A stretch of DNA of 64,000 nt from Faecousia sp. (GCA_045599455.1 JAZRVX010000131.1:12186-76185), one strand, 5' to 3'. Positions 26,438-37,204 are shown, numbered from the stretch's first letter. The notes: generated by a model from the sequence alone, not told the origin. Made by a program: numbers and translations.

Positions 26438-27127
26438 ATGGATATACCACTTTATCTTGCTATGACTTCCGATGATATCATGAAAAAATCAACGCTCCCA
26501 CCTAAAATTGCATGGATGAGTGTCCGATTTGACAAAGAGGGAGACGGCCTTATCAACTTCCCTGCTGAGAAATATGATAGCTGCATTTTGATATTGGATG
26601 ACTATAATCCATACACCCGACACGACCACAAAAAAATATGTCAGCAACTTCAAGAACACATAAGCACCCGAAAATACGATGGAATACTTCTTGATTTTCA
26701 GCAGCCAAAAGATTCCGGTCTATGTACGCTTGTCAGGCAGCTTGAGCGAGAGCTACCCATCAAGGTGGGGGTTACACCAAGCTACAGCACGAATGAGTCC
26801 ATCGTTTTTTTGCCGCCTCTTCCCCCTGCTGTTTCAGTCGAAAGTTATCTCAAACCATGGAGTAGTCACGAAATATGGCTGGATTTGACAACACAGGGAT
26901 ATTCTCTGTGTGTTACCTCTGCCGGTGTAGGGGAATGCACGAAAAAGCATGAATCAATCCCCTTTTACAATGAAAAACTATGCACACATTATGTTTCCGA
27001 AGTTAGTTCCGAGAGTATTATTTTTTCGCTTCAGCGCACAGCTGATGATTGTATGACCATACTGCGTAAAGCAAATGCATTCAATGTCCGTGCGGCATTT
27101 TCCTTATATCACGAATTGGGAAAATAA
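26438..27127 (+). CDS. hypothetical protein
   Basis: 229-aa ORF from ATG 26438 (AAAGGA upstream), with no TM segment and no motif I can name confidently. It is one of the few plus-strand genes. Confidence 0.45.
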   Translation: MDIPLYLAMTSDDIMKKSTLPPKIAWMSVRFDKEGDGLINFPAEKYDSCILILDDYNPYTRHDHKKICQQLQEHISTRKYDGILLDFQQPKDSGLCTLVRQLERELPIKVGVTPSYSTNESIVFLPPLPPAVSVESYLKPWSSHEIWLDLTTQGYSLCVTSAGVGECTKKHESIPFYNEKLCTHYVSEVSSESIIFSLQRTADDCMTILRKANAFNVRAAFSLYHELGK

Positions 27128-27154
27128 AAACCGCCCCGATAAATCGAGGCGGTT
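27121..27154 (-). terminator. rho-independent terminator of rpsU
   Basis: Stem aaccgcc/ggcggtt (27129-27135 / 27148-27154). On the minus strand it is followed by TTTTTATTTT. It overlaps the stop of the convergent hypothetical gene. Confidence 0.7.
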
Positions 27155-27178
27155 ACTTGAGCAAAACCAAGAGGGATA

Positions 27179-27361
27179 TTAGTAGAACTTTCTCTTGTTC
27201 TTACGAGCGGCTTCAGACTTCTGCTTACGCTTCAGGCTGGGGCTGACGTAATGCTCGCGCTTCTTAACTTCAGCAATGACGCCCTCCTTAGCACAGCTAC
27301 GCTTGAAACGACGCAGAGCGCTCTCCAGAGACTCATTTTCCTTAACGCGAATTTCAGACAT
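27179..27361 (-). CDS. rpsU: 30S ribosomal protein S21
   Basis: [54 protein letters not shown]. Confidence 0.95.
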   Translation of the reverse strand: MSEIRVKENESLESALRRFKRSCAKEGVIAEVKKREHYVSPSLKRKQKSEAARKNKRKFY

Positions 27362-27426
27362 TGTTTTCCCTCCCTCCGATACATCCGGCTAAATCCAGGA
27401 TGCTTTCAGGACCTTACGGCTTGTAT

Positions 27427-27455
27427 ATTATATAGTTTCTTTCCCTAATTGTCAA
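27427..27455 (-). promoter_or_regulatory. sigma-A promoter of rpsU
   Basis: On the minus strand: consensus TTGACA (27455-27450), 17-nt spacer, consensus TATAAT (27432-27427). Confidence 0.65.
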
Positions 27456-27489
27456 GGAAGAAAGCTATATTTTTTGCTTATCCGCCAAA

Positions 27490-29985
27490 TTATTTTACGA
27501 TCAGATTGACAAGCTTATTCTTTACAACAATTGTTTTCACAATACTGCCGCCCTGCTTCTCCAAGAACTTGGCAATCTTCTCGTCCGCTTTCACAAGGGC
27601 AATGACCTCTTCATCGGGCAAATCGGCGGACATATTGACGGTTCCGCGCATCTTGCCGTTGACCTGAACTGCCAAGGTAATCTCGCTGTCTCTGCACTTG
27701 TCCTCGGAGTAAACAGGCCATGCGCTCACAGAGCAAATACCTTCAAAGCCCTTCATCTCCCACAGCTCATCACAAATATGGGGTGCAAAGGGGGACAGCA
27801 TTGCAAGGAAGGTCTTCAGCTCTGCACGGTTGCAGCCCTTATCTGCAAACTGATTCATAAGAGTCATCAGAGCGGCAATTGCAGTGTTGGGCTTCAAGGT
27901 ATCGATATCCTCGGTTACCTTCTTAATGGTCTTGTGCATGGCAGCCATATTGGCATGGCTGTACTCGGTCTCACTGTCGGTGACACCTTCCGCCATATTC
28001 CACACGCGGTCAAGGAAACGCTTGCAGCCCTTGACGGCCTTGGGAGACCATGTTGCGGCTTTCTCAAAATCACCGATGAACATGACATACATACGCATGG
28101 TATCAGCGCCGTACTCACGAATAACATCATCGGGGTTAACAACATTGCCCAAGCTCTTGGACATCTTAACAGCAGGACGAAGTGCATCAGAGCCATACTT
28201 CTCAATCATGGCCTGCTTGTCCTCTTCCTTGTCGAAGTTACCGACATAGTGAGGATTCTCGCCCAGAATCATGCCATGAGAGGTGCGCTTTGCATAAGGC
28301 TCCTTGGTAGGCACAACGCCGATATCGTACAGGAACTTATGCCAGAAACGAGAATACAGCAGATGCAGAGTCGTGTGCTCCATGCCGCCGTTGTACCAGT
28401 CGATGGGGCTCCAATAATTCAAAGCTTCCTTGGATGCCAAGGCTTCGTCATTATGGGGATCCATATAGCGCAGGAAGTACCAGCTGGAACCTGCCCACTG
28501 GGGCATGGTATCAGTCTCGCGCTTTGCAGCGCCGCCGCAGCAGGGGCATGTGGTATTTACCCAGTCGGTAATGGCAGACAGAGGGCTTTCACCATCGTCG
28601 GTAGGCTCATAGCTGTCTACATCCGGCAGCAGCAGAGGTAATTCACTCTCAGGCAGAGGAACCGTACCGCATTTCTCACAATGGACGATAGGAATCGGCT
28701 CACCCCAGTAGCGCTGGCGGGAGAACACCCAGTCACGAAGCTTGAAATTGGTCTTTGCTTCGCCGATTCCTTTCTCGGACAGCCACTTGATAATTGCCGG
28801 AATGGCCTCCTTGACAGTCAGGCCGTTCAAAAACGCGGAATTAACCAGAACTCCCGTGTCATCCTTCAGAGTAAATGCAGCCTCCTGAACATTTCCGCCG
28901 GCCACTACCTCGATAATTTCACAGCCAAATGCTTTGGCAAAATCCCAGTCGCGATCATCATGGGCAGGCACTGCCATGATTGCACCGGTACCATAGGTAG
29001 ACAGGACATAATCGGAAATAAAAATGGGAATCTGCTTGCCGTTTACAGGGTTGATGCCCATGACACCGTCCAGCTTCACACCGGTCTTTTCCTTGTTAAG
29101 CTCCGTGCGCTCCAAGTCGGATTTTGCAGCGGCAAGTGCCTGATAGGCCTTGACCTCATCGGCATTACCCAGCTTATCCATCCACTTGGAAATCAGCGCA
29201 TGCTCGGGAGACAGCACCATGTAGGTCACGCCGAAGAGGGTATCGGGACGAGTGGTATACACCACAATTTCATCATCCAGTGTGGACTTAAACTTAACCT
29301 CTGCACCATGGCTGCGGCCAATCCAGTTGGTCTGCTGAGCCTTGACGCGGTCAATATAATCCAAATCTTCCAGATCATCAATCAGACGATCTGCATACTT
29401 CGTGATGCGCAGCATCCACTGGCTCTTCTCCTTGCGGATAACTGGACTGCCGCAGCGCTCACAAACGCCCTCCACAACTTCCTCATTTGCCAGAACACAC
29501 TTGCAGCTGGTGCACCAGTTCACAGGCATCTTAGCCTTATAGGCAAGGCCGTTCTTATAAAGCTGCAGAAAAATCCACTGCGTCCACTTGAAATACTTGG
29601 GATCCGTGGTGTTAATCTCTCTGTCCCAGTCGAAGCTATAGCCCAGCGCTTTCAGCTGACGGCGGAAGTTCTTGATATTGTTCTCGGTGACAATGCGGGG
29701 GTGAATATGATTCTTGATAGCATAGTTCTCCGTAGGCAGGCCAAAAGCATCATAGCCCATGGGGAATAGTACATTCATACCGCTCATGCGCTTCTTACGC
29801 GCGATGATGTCCATTGCAGTGTAAGGACGAGGATGGCCTACATGCAATCCTGCGCCGCTGGGATAAGGAAATTCAACAAGGGCAAAGAATTTTTCCTTAT
29901 CGCTGCCGTTGCTGGCAGCGTAAAGCTTCTTCTCTTCCCAGATATCCTGCCATTTCTGCTCAATGCGTGCATATTCGTAATTCAT
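27490..29985 (-). CDS. leuS: leucine--tRNA ligase
   Basis: [28 protein letters not shown] (HIGH) and KMSKSLGN (KMSKS). ATG 29985 has AGAGGTG 6 nt upstream. The ORF-track start at 29994 is GTG. Confidence 0.95.
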   Translation of the reverse strand: MNYEYARIEQKWQDIWEEKKLYAASNGSDKEKFFALVEFPYPSGAGLHVGHPRPYTAMDIIARKKRMSGMNVLFPMGYDAFGLPTENYAIKNHIHPRIVTENNIKNFRRQLKALGYSFDWDREINTTDPKYFKWTQWIFLQLYKNGLAYKAKMPVNWCTSCKCVLANEEVVEGVCERCGSPVIRKEKSQWMLRITKYADRLIDDLEDLDYIDRVKAQQTNWIGRSHGAEVKFKSTLDDEIVVYTTRPDTLFGVTYMVLSPEHALISKWMDKLGNADEVKAYQALAAAKSDLERTELNKEKTGVKLDGVMGINPVNGKQIPIFISDYVLSTYGTGAIMAVPAHDDRDWDFAKAFGCEIIEVVAGGNVQEAAFTLKDDTGVLVNSAFLNGLTVKEAIPAIIKWLSEKGIGEAKTNFKLRDWVFSRQRYWGEPIPIVHCEKCGTVPLPESELPLLLPDVDSYEPTDDGESPLSAITDWVNTTCPCCGGAAKRETDTMPQWAGSSWYFLRYMDPHNDEALASKEALNYWSPIDWYNGGMEHTTLHLLYSRFWHKFLYDIGVVPTKEPYAKRTSHGMILGENPHYVGNFDKEEDKQAMIEKYGSDALRPAVKMSKSLGNVVNPDDVIREYGADTMRMYVMFIGDFEKAATWSPKAVKGCKRFLDRVWNMAEGVTDSETEYSHANMAAMHKTIKKVTEDIDTLKPNTAIAALMTLMNQFADKGCNRAELKTFLAMLSPFAPHICDELWEMKGFEGICSVSAWPVYSEDKCRDSEITLAVQVNGKMRGTVNMSADLPDEEVIALVKADEKIAKFLEKQGGSIVKTIVVKNKLVNLIVK

Positions 29986-30000
29986 TGAAGACACCTCTAT

Positions 30001-30369
30001 TTACATGGACTGTTCCATGATGATATTACTCAGATCAATTTTCTCGGCATCCGCCCAGAGTCTTTCAAGACTATAGAATTCACGCGCCTCCGGAGTGAAC
30101 ACATGGACAACCAAGGAGCCAAAGTCCAGAAGCTCCCAGCTGTTGCCGCGATGTCCTTCACGCCCCAGCATGGGCTCTCCAAGCTGTTCCAGTGTGTATT
30201 CCGCGTAATCGCACAGAGTCTTGACATGGGTATTGGAGGTGCCGGTGCAAATCAGGAAATAGTCAGCAATGGAACTGACTTTATCCAGCTTTAAAAGCTG
30301 AATATCCAAACCCTTCTTCTGGTCGAGAGCTTTCGTAACTTCATAAGCAACTTCTTTTGGTGTAAGCAT
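30001..30369 (-). CDS. rsfS: ribosome silencing factor RsfS (Iojap family)
   Basis: 122 aa. DYFLICTGTSNTHVKTL...GNSWELLDFGSLVVHVFTPEAREFYSLERLW. Confidence 0.9.
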   Translation of the reverse strand: MLTPKEVAYEVTKALDQKKGLDIQLLKLDKVSSIADYFLICTGTSNTHVKTLCDYAEYTLEQLGEPMLGREGHRGNSWELLDFGSLVVHVFTPEAREFYSLERLWADAEKIDLSNIIMEQSM

Positions 30370-30391
30370 ATTTCTATCCTTTCAAGAGAAA

Positions 30392-31567
30392 TCAACGATT
30401 CAAGTATTCAAGTGCTTCGCGGGATTCCGGACTCACTTCACTTCCCTGATTATGAAGATGCTCCAATGTCATCTCAAGTCCAAGTCGAAGTGCAGCAGTC
30501 AAATCTGTGAAAGCTAGTTCACGGAGCTTCTCAACACCGGGGAAATCTCGATTTGGCTCCATATAATCCGCTATATAAATGATTTTCTCCAATTCATTCA
30601 TATCAGCCTTTCCGGTCGTATGGCAGCAGATTGCATCTACAATCGCTTTGTTCTCTCCAAAAATGCGTTCGGCCACAAGGCTGCCCGTCAAGGCATGGAG
30701 TGTTTTCGGATATCTACGGGAAAAATCGGATAAAATTTTACCATAGGCATCGCACAAAGTCAATTGCAGCGGACCATCCAATGCCTTTGTAATGTCGTGC
30801 AAAAGGCCTGCCCTTGCTGCATCTGTGGGGTTAACACCCCAGTGAATAGCCATTTTCTCAGCCGTATCGCGTACACCGAGAACATGCTTCACTCTGTTCG
30901 GATTCAGCAGCCGCACAACAATCGGCTCCAACTCTTCCATAGGAAGATTTTTCCAATCTTTCACGGAATCATACAGATTTTGTCCGACAATATATGCATC
31001 TACCTCCCCTGTCAGGAATTCTTCTGCGGCACCAAAAGCAACCAAACGCCGAACCTGAGTGGAGGAAATCAGATTGACGGGATTTTCCAGAACGCTCACT
31101 TTTGCATCAAAATCTTGAAGCTTCTGAATCTGCGATGCAATGCTTTCCTTTTCCTTTGCAAGTCCTCGATGAAAAACAACAAATGTGACCATATTACAAA
31201 TATAGTCAATATTTCGCCATTTTTCCGTTGTGCAAAAAATGTCGGAGCCGGTCAAAAGAAATATCTCACTATCCGGATAATGGGACTTCACCGACAAAAC
31301 CGTGTCATCAGTATAGGTTGCACCGCCGCGTACTATATCCCAATCCTGGACCTCCATATCCGGCTGTCCACTGACGGCAAGGCGGGTCATTTCAAGGCGA
31401 TACACCGGAGCTGAAGCGGAAAGAACATCCGTCTTTCCGGGGCTGCGATTGCAGGGAAGCCAAATGATCTTATCCAAATGCAGCGAGCGCATTGCATACT
31501 TGGCAGCTTCAACATGTCCAACATGAGGCGGGTCGAATGTCCCGCCAAAAACACCGATTCTTTCCAT
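30392..31567 (-). CDS. nadD: fused nicotinate-nucleotide adenylyltransferase (NadD) / HD-domain phosphohydrolase (YqeK)
   Basis: N-terminal half: GVFGGTFDPPHVGHV and ISSTQVRRL (NadD). C-terminal half: RVKHVLGVRDTAEKMA, GLLHDITK and IYIADYMEPNR (YqeK HD domain). One uninterrupted 391-codon frame. Confidence 0.85.
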   Translation of the reverse strand: MERIGVFGGTFDPPHVGHVEAAKYAMRSLHLDKIIWLPCNRSPGKTDVLSASAPVYRLEMTRLAVSGQPDMEVQDWDIVRGGATYTDDTVLSVKSHYPDSEIFLLTGSDIFCTTEKWRNIDYICNMVTFVVFHRGLAKEKESIASQIQKLQDFDAKVSVLENPVNLISSTQVRRLVAFGAAEEFLTGEVDAYIVGQNLYDSVKDWKNLPMEELEPIVVRLLNPNRVKHVLGVRDTAEKMAIHWGVNPTDAARAGLLHDITKALDGPLQLTLCDAYGKILSDFSRRYPKTLHALTGSLVAERIFGENKAIVDAICCHTTGKADMNELEKIIYIADYMEPNRDFPGVEKLRELAFTDLTAALRLGLEMTLEHLHNQGSEVSPESREALEYLNR

Positions 31568-31605
31568 CTATTCCATCTCCCAAAGTAAAAATTAGGAAGA
31601 GGGCA

Positions 31606-32100
31606 TTAGTCCTTTTCTCTTAACTGTCTTTCACGATCCCGCTCAATGGAGCGGTTGATTGCCTGTTCACGGAAATACTGATTTCTCTGTTCCCGTACAG
31701 CTTTTGCAGCCTGACGGCGAGCACGGATTCCCTTGCGAACCGGGTCGGACTTACTGACCGGAGTGGCTTTGCGGTGTGCTCGGCCGGTGGCATTACGCTG
31801 CTCCTGACATTTCTCACTGAAACGGTAAATCACGAATTTGGAGCCCAAGCAGGCAATGCCGTCCGCACCCGTAGCCTCGCAAATTGCGTCACTTACCTCG
31901 CGGGGAGACATCAAAGCTCCCTCCAGGACCTTGCCTTTTACAAGCTCACGCGCAGTCAGCAGATTTTCGGCCTCCGCAACAACCGCTTCCGTCACACCGC
32001 TCTTACCGACCATCAAGGTAGTTTCCAGAGCGTTGGATTTTGCACGCAGCTCACTGCGTTCCTTACTGCTCAGCATAACCTGCCTCCTTGAGTTTTTCAT
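31606..32100 (-). CDS. yhbY: YhbY/CRM-domain RNA-binding ribosome assembly protein with basic C-terminal extension
   Basis: LSSKERSELRAKSNALETTLMVGKSGVTEAVVAEAENLLTARELVKGKVL is the CRM domain. It is followed by a ~70-aa Arg/Lys/Gln-rich tail. The start may be ATG 32076. Confidence 0.8.
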   Translation of the reverse strand: MKNSRRQVMLSSKERSELRAKSNALETTLMVGKSGVTEAVVAEAENLLTARELVKGKVLEGALMSPREVSDAICEATGADGIACLGSKFVIYRFSEKCQEQRNATGRAHRKATPVSKSDPVRKGIRARRQAAKAVREQRNQYFREQAINRSIERDRERQLREKD

Positions 32101-32668
32101 AGAGTACTCTCAGTGCTCTTGCACGGTGCGAGATACTGTTCTTCTCCTCCGGAGTAGCCTGTCCCAAACTCTTGCCAAGTTCTGGAGAAAAGAAGACAGG
32201 GTCATAGCCAAATCCGCCCTCACCGTCTACCGAACGCAGGAGTTCTCCGTGTACCTCTCCCCTGGCCTGAATACAGGAGCCATCCGGATTGACAAGGGTA
32301 ATCACACACACAAACTTTGCCTGACGCTGGCCATCGGGAATGCTTTCCGCATTTTTCAGCAGAAGATTTACCCTGCCACGGTCATCCAGTGTATCATCAA
32401 ATCCATAACGAGCGGAATAGATTCCGGGTTCCCCATTCAGGGCATCTACCGCAATTCCGGAATCGTCTGCAAGTGCGGGCAATCCTGTTGCCTGCATGAC
32501 GGCATTGGCTTTCAGAAAAGAATTTTCCTCAAATGTCGTACCGGTCTCTTCCACATCAATATCCACACCAAGCTCAGACTGGAGAACAAGCTCCATGTCA
32601 AACTTCTTTGTAATCTGGCTGATTTCCACCAGCTTATGCTTGTTTTTGCTTGCTAATACTACTTTCAT
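32063..32668 (-). CDS. rdgB: XTP/dITP diphosphatase (RdgB/HAM1 family)
   Basis: MKVVLASKNKHKLVEI..., EETGTTFEENS and FGYDPVF...GKSLGQATPEEKNSISHRARA. ATGA overlap with ftsY. Confidence 0.9.
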   Translation of the reverse strand: MKVVLASKNKHKLVEISQITKKFDMELVLQSELGVDIDVEETGTTFEENSFLKANAVMQATGLPALADDSGIAVDALNGEPGIYSARYGFDDTLDDRGRVNLLLKNAESIPDGQRQAKFVCVITLVNPDGSCIQARGEVHGELLRSVDGEGGFGYDPVFFSPELGKSLGQATPEEKNSISHRARALRVLYEKLKEAGYAEQ

Positions 32669-33582
32669 TTCTTCTCCTCAAACAGAGCTTCCACGAAGCT
32701 CTTGGGTTCAAATGCCATCAGGTCTTCCGCTTTCTCTCCAACGCCCACAAACTTTACGGGAATCTGCAAAGCATCGGCAACCGCAATCACAATACCACCC
32801 TTGGCCGTGCCATCCAGCTTCGTAATTGCCACAGAGGTCACTCCGGCAATTTCCTTAAACGCCTTTGCCTGAATCAAACCGTTCTGCCCTGTAGTTCCAT
32901 CCAAGACAAGCAGAACTTCTTTGGCTGCATCCGGCAGCTCACGGTCAACAATGCGGGTTATCTTATTAAGCTCATTCATAAGATTGGTCTTATTGTGAAG
33001 GCGTCCCGCGGTGTCGATGATGACAACGTCCACATTACGGGCTTTTGCAGCCTGCAGGCCGTCAAAAGCAACACTGGCAGGGTCAGCACCCTCATGCTGG
33101 CGAACAATGTCGGCACCGCTTCTGCCCGCCCAGATTTCAAGCTGATCGGCAGCAGCCGCACGGAAGGTATCAGCAGCGACCAAAAGCACCTTTTTCCCGG
33201 AATCGCTGAGCTGCTTGGAAATCTTGCCGATGGTGGTGGTTTTTCCGACACCGTTAACACCGATGACAAGAATCACACTGGGCTTTGTGGAAAGATTCAA
33301 AGCAGGATCCCCGATGTCAACCATGTCGGCCAGGATATCACACAGAGCCGCTCTGGCATCCTTTGCCAGGCAGATATGCCTGGATGCAATCACCTTTCTT
33401 AAACGCGCAGTTGCTTTGACCGCCGTTTCCACGCCCAAATCCGCGAGAATCAGACTTTCTTCCACATCATCATAGAAGCTGTCATCAATCTCATAATTTT
33501 CGGTAAAAATCTCATTAAATGTGCCGCCAATCGCATCTCTGGTCTTGGTAAGACCCTCTTTAATTTTTTCAAAAAAGCCCAT
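32665..33582 (-). CDS. ftsY: signal recognition particle receptor FtsY (short NG-only form)
   Basis: ILVIGVNGVGKTTTIGK, DTAGR, TKLDGTAKGG. AGGAG RBS. Confidence 0.95.
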   Translation of the reverse strand: MGFFEKIKEGLTKTRDAIGGTFNEIFTENYEIDDSFYDDVEESLILADLGVETAVKATARLRKVIASRHICLAKDARAALCDILADMVDIGDPALNLSTKPSVILVIGVNGVGKTTTIGKISKQLSDSGKKVLLVAADTFRAAAADQLEIWAGRSGADIVRQHEGADPASVAFDGLQAAKARNVDVVIIDTAGRLHNKTNLMNELNKITRIVDRELPDAAKEVLLVLDGTTGQNGLIQAKAFKEIAGVTSVAITKLDGTAKGGIVIAVADALQIPVKFVGVGEKAEDLMAFEPKSFVEALFEEKK

Positions 33583-33600
33583 TGTATACTCCTTTTTCGG

Positions 33601-36600
33601 TTACTGCGCAATGCCAAGCGCCTGCTCCATCTGGTTTAAATCCAGCCGCAGCAGCTTACTGACCCCCTGCTCTTGCATGGTGACACCGTAAAGAACATCG
33701 GAAGCCTCCATTGTTCCTCGGCGGTGGGTGATGACAATAAACTGGGTATCTTTCAGGTTGTGCAAATATCCGGCAAATCGGTCAACATTTCTGTCATCCA
33801 AAGCTGCGTCAATCTCGTCAAGCAAGCAGAACGGCGTGGGACGAACCTTCAGGATTGCGAAGTACAACGCTGTTGCCACAAATGCTTTCTCACCGCCGGA
33901 GAGGAGCGTTATCGTTTTTACCTGCTTTCCGGGGGGCTGCACACGAATTTCAATTCCGCAGGTCAAGGGATTCTCAGGGTCTTCCAGAACAAGCTGTCCC
34001 TTACCACCGCCGAACATCTCCTCAAATACTTTTCCGAAATAATGGTCAATCTTTGCAAACTCAGTCACAAAAATTGTCGTCATTTCTTTCGTGATTTCTT
34101 TGATAATATTCTCAAGCTCCTGCTTGGAATTCAGCACATCATCACGCTGGCCGACCAAATAGCTATAACGTTCATTCACACGAGCATACTCTTCAATGGC
34201 ACCTAGATTCGGCGTGCCGAGCGCAGAAATCTTGCGCTTCAACTCACCTATCTGGCGATTACCTGCGCTGATGGATTCAATTTCACCGCGCAGAGGCTCT
34301 GCCGTGCCGGGTGTCAGGCCGTAGGAGTCCCAAAGCTTGTCGATAATCTGTTTTTCCTCCATGGAGGTTGCAAGCTTTTTCTGCTCCAGAAGTGCACAGG
34401 AACGCTCCATGGTAAGAATATCCTTGTTCTTTTCCTGTGCATCCCGCTCCGCTTTGGTCTTGGCGGCCTCTGCCTCCGCACGAAGCGCAAGAACATCTCG
34501 AACCTGCTGCTCCATGCCCGCAGTCATGTCCGCATTTTCACTCTGTCGCTGCTTGAGGTCTTCAATTTCTTTCTCAATCCGAACAGAATCTGCCTGAATG
34601 GATTCAATCAAAGCCTCTTTCTTGGAGCGGTCACCCGCCATATCCGACTGTAGCGACTTCAAATCTGCTACATGGGTCAAAACAGTGCCCCGTTCAGCTT
34701 CCAGCGCCGCTTCTTCAGTTCTGCAATCGGCAATCTTTTGCGTAATGTCCGTTGAGGCGGCAGTGGCATCGCTCTGACTTCCTTCGAGAGTAGTCAGTTC
34801 AGAACGAATTTGAATCAAGTCGCGGGTATATAGAGAAACTTTCGCTTTCTGTGCGGCAAGACGCTCGCGGTCTGAGGCCACACGCAGCTTTAGTGCATCC
34901 CGCTCTGTAACTGCTGCACTTTGTGCTTCGGAAATTGCCTGAAGAATAATCTCATGCTGCTTGACCTGCCCTTCCAAGCGAAGGACCTGATCTTCGGCTT
35001 CACGGAGCTGGTCCTGAGCCGCTGTAATCTGGAATGCAACCTGATCGTAAAGTCGGCGTGCTTCCTGAACGGCAGCCTGTGCAGCAAAGACATCAGTCTC
35101 CAAGCGACTCGCTTGATTTTCCAGCTTTTCAAGCTCATTTGTGCGGGAGAGAATACCCGCCTCCCTGTTCACGGAGCCGCCGGTCATGGAACCTCCGGGA
35201 TTCATAACCTGACCGTCCAGTGTGACAATCTTGAATCGCCGACTGTACTTCTGGCTCATGGAAATGGCAGCATCCAAATCCGTAACAATCACGGTTCTTC
35301 CAAGGAAGTTTTCCACGACTTCACGGTAAGCATTGTCGCACTTCACAAGTTTGGAAGCAATGCCGACAAATCCGCGGCAGGATTCGAGTCCCGATTCCTG
35401 CAAATCCCGTCCTCTTGTTGTATTTAGAGGAATAAATGTTGCGCGGCCTTTGTCCGTTCTTTTCAGGAAAGAAATAGCCGCCTTACCATCGGCTTCTGTG
35501 CTGACAACAACCTGCTGCATAGCAGCACCGAGGGCAATCTCTATGGCAAGGGTATAGTTGTCTTCCGTACGAATCAGGCGAGAAACAGGGCCGTGAATAT
35601 TGCGCAGTGCGCCACGCTCTGCCTCCTGCATGACTGCTTTGACAGACTTCTGATAACTGTCATAATCCCGCTCCATTGCACGGAATGCGCGGAGCTTGGC
35701 ATTAACAGAATCAAACTTTGATGTAAGTTCACGCAGCCCACTTTCAGCCGTTTCTTTATTCTTTTGCCTGCTCTTCTGACGCAGAGTATAACCGCCAATG
35801 GTATTGTTCGCGGCAACAACCTGCTCCTGCGCTTCTTTCAAAAGGCTGCGGCTATTTGCAAGGGCGTTCTCCGCCTCTTCTTTTCTCGCATCCCCGGAGG
35901 TAATGTCCAAATTAAGCTGTTCAAACCGGGATGCATACAACTCAACGCTTTCTTCCAAAGCGCGGATATCTGCCTGAGAACCTGCAAGCTCCGCAGACAA
36001 GATGCTCTCCTTACCGCGAAGTTCCAAATATTGACGGGTCAGGCCCTGCGCATTGGCAGTCATTGCAGATAACTCCAGCTGCAAATCGGAAATCTCGGTT
36101 TTCTTCTCAGAAAGTGCCGAGTCAATTTCCGACACACGCTCCATCGTCTGCTCAATTTGCACTGCAATGCCGCCGGAGCGGTTGTCCTGACTTTGCAGTT
36201 CCTCCTCAATGCGGGCAATATTCTCCTCATTGTTCGTCAGGTTGCCGCGCAGGACTGCCATCTGTCCTTCCAACTGCTGGTGGGTACTCTGATACATAGA
36301 AGCCTTCAGGCGCACGGACTCAAGCTGCGCATCCTTCTCATGCAATGCTTCACCCAGAGATTCTGCAAGTCGGTATAGACTGTCCAAATCATCATGCGCC
36401 TGCTGAAGCACAAAGGAAGCCGAGGCATAGTCCTCCTCTGCCTTCTGCGTGCGCTCACTCAGAGATGCAAGGGTATCCAGCCAGACGGCAACCTCCACAC
36501 CCTGCAAAGTTTCTTTCAATGATAAATACTTCTTGGCCTTCTCAGACTGCTCTTTCAGCGGCTCAATCTGAAGCTCCAATTCGGAAACCTTGTCACCGAT

Positions 36601-37170
36601 ACGCATCAGATTATCTTCCGTCTGCGCAAGCTTACGCTCGGTTTCCTCCTTGCGGTGGCGATACTTGGAAATACCGGCGGCTTCCTCGAATATTTCACGG
36701 CGATCTCCGCTTTTAAGCGCCAGGATTTCATCAATTCTGCCCTGACCGATATTCGAGTATCCCTCTTTACCAAGGCCGGTATCCATGAAAAGCTCATTGA
36801 TATCGCGCAGTCGTGCCGACTGGCGATTGATATAGTATTCACCGTCGCCGCTTCGGTAGTAACGGCGGGTGACACTTATTTCATCTGCATCATAGTTCAG
36901 GGCACGATCTGTATTATCCAATGTCAGGGTTGCTTCAGCAAAACCAACTGCCGCACGCTTCTGGGTACCACCGAAGATAACATCCTCCATCTTGGCACCA
37001 CGCAATGTTTTGCTGGACTGCTCGCCAAGCACCCACAGAATAGCATCGGAAATATTTGATTTTCCGGAGCCATTCGGACCGACAATTGCGGTAATATCAT
37101 CGCCGAATCGAATGAGTGTCTTATCCGGGAAGGACTTGAAGCCCTGTAATTCCAATGATTTTAAATACAC
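33601..37170 (-). CDS. smc: chromosome segregation protein SMC
   Basis: YLKSLELQGFKSF...IVGPNGSGKSN, long coiled coils, a hinge, and C-terminal LSGGEKAFVATAL...LLDEIDAALD. I prefer GTG 37170 (GAGG 7 nt upstream) over the ORF-track TTG 37176. Confidence 0.95.
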   Translation of the reverse strand: MYLKSLELQGFKSFPDKTLIRFGDDITAIVGPNGSGKSNISDAILWVLGEQSSKTLRGAKMEDVIFGGTQKRAAVGFAEATLTLDNTDRALNYDADEISVTRRYYRSGDGEYYINRQSARLRDINELFMDTGLGKEGYSNIGQGRIDEILALKSGDRREIFEEAAGISKYRHRKEETERKLAQTEDNLMRIGDKVSELELQIEPLKEQSEKAKKYLSLKETLQGVEVAVWLDTLASLSERTQKAEEDYASASFVLQQAHDDLDSLYRLAESLGEALHEKDAQLESVRLKASMYQSTHQQLEGQMAVLRGNLTNNEENIARIEEELQSQDNRSGGIAVQIEQTMERVSEIDSALSEKKTEISDLQLELSAMTANAQGLTRQYLELRGKESILSAELAGSQADIRALEESVELYASRFEQLNLDITSGDARKEEAENALANSRSLLKEAQEQVVAANNTIGGYTLRQKSRQKNKETAESGLRELTSKFDSVNAKLRAFRAMERDYDSYQKSVKAVMQEAERGALRNIHGPVSRLIRTEDNYTLAIEIALGAAMQQVVVSTEADGKAAISFLKRTDKGRATFIPLNTTRGRDLQESGLESCRGFVGIASKLVKCDNAYREVVENFLGRTVIVTDLDAAISMSQKYSRRFKIVTLDGQVMNPGGSMTGGSVNREAGILSRTNELEKLENQASRLETDVFAAQAAVQEARRLYDQVAFQITAAQDQLREAEDQVLRLEGQVKQHEIILQAISEAQSAAVTERDALKLRVASDRERLAAQKAKVSLYTRDLIQIRSELTTLEGSQSDATAASTDITQKIADCRTEEAALEAERGTVLTHVADLKSLQSDMAGDRSKKEALIESIQADSVRIEKEIEDLKQRQSENADMTAGMEQQVRDVLALRAEAEAAKTKAERDAQEKNKDILTMERSCALLEQKKLATSMEEKQIIDKLWDSYGLTPGTAEPLRGEIESISAGNRQIGELKRKISALGTPNLGAIEEYARVNERYSYLVGQRDDVLNSKQELENIIKEITKEMTTIFVTEFAKIDHYFGKVFEEMFGGGKGQLVLEDPENPLTCGIEIRVQPPGKQVKTITLLSGGEKAFVATALYFAILKVRPTPFCLLDEIDAALDDRNVDRFAGYLHNLKDTQFIVITHRRGTMEASDVLYGVTMQEQGVSKLLRLDLNQMEQALGIAQ

Positions 37171-37204
37171 AGCCAAACCTCATAATCAAAAAATGAATCA
37201 GTTT

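Noticed and set aside
29986-30000. T-box leader expected upstream of leuS.
   Set aside because: Only 15 nt separate leuS from the upstream rsfS stop. leuS is read through from the rsfS cluster, so there is no room for a T-box.
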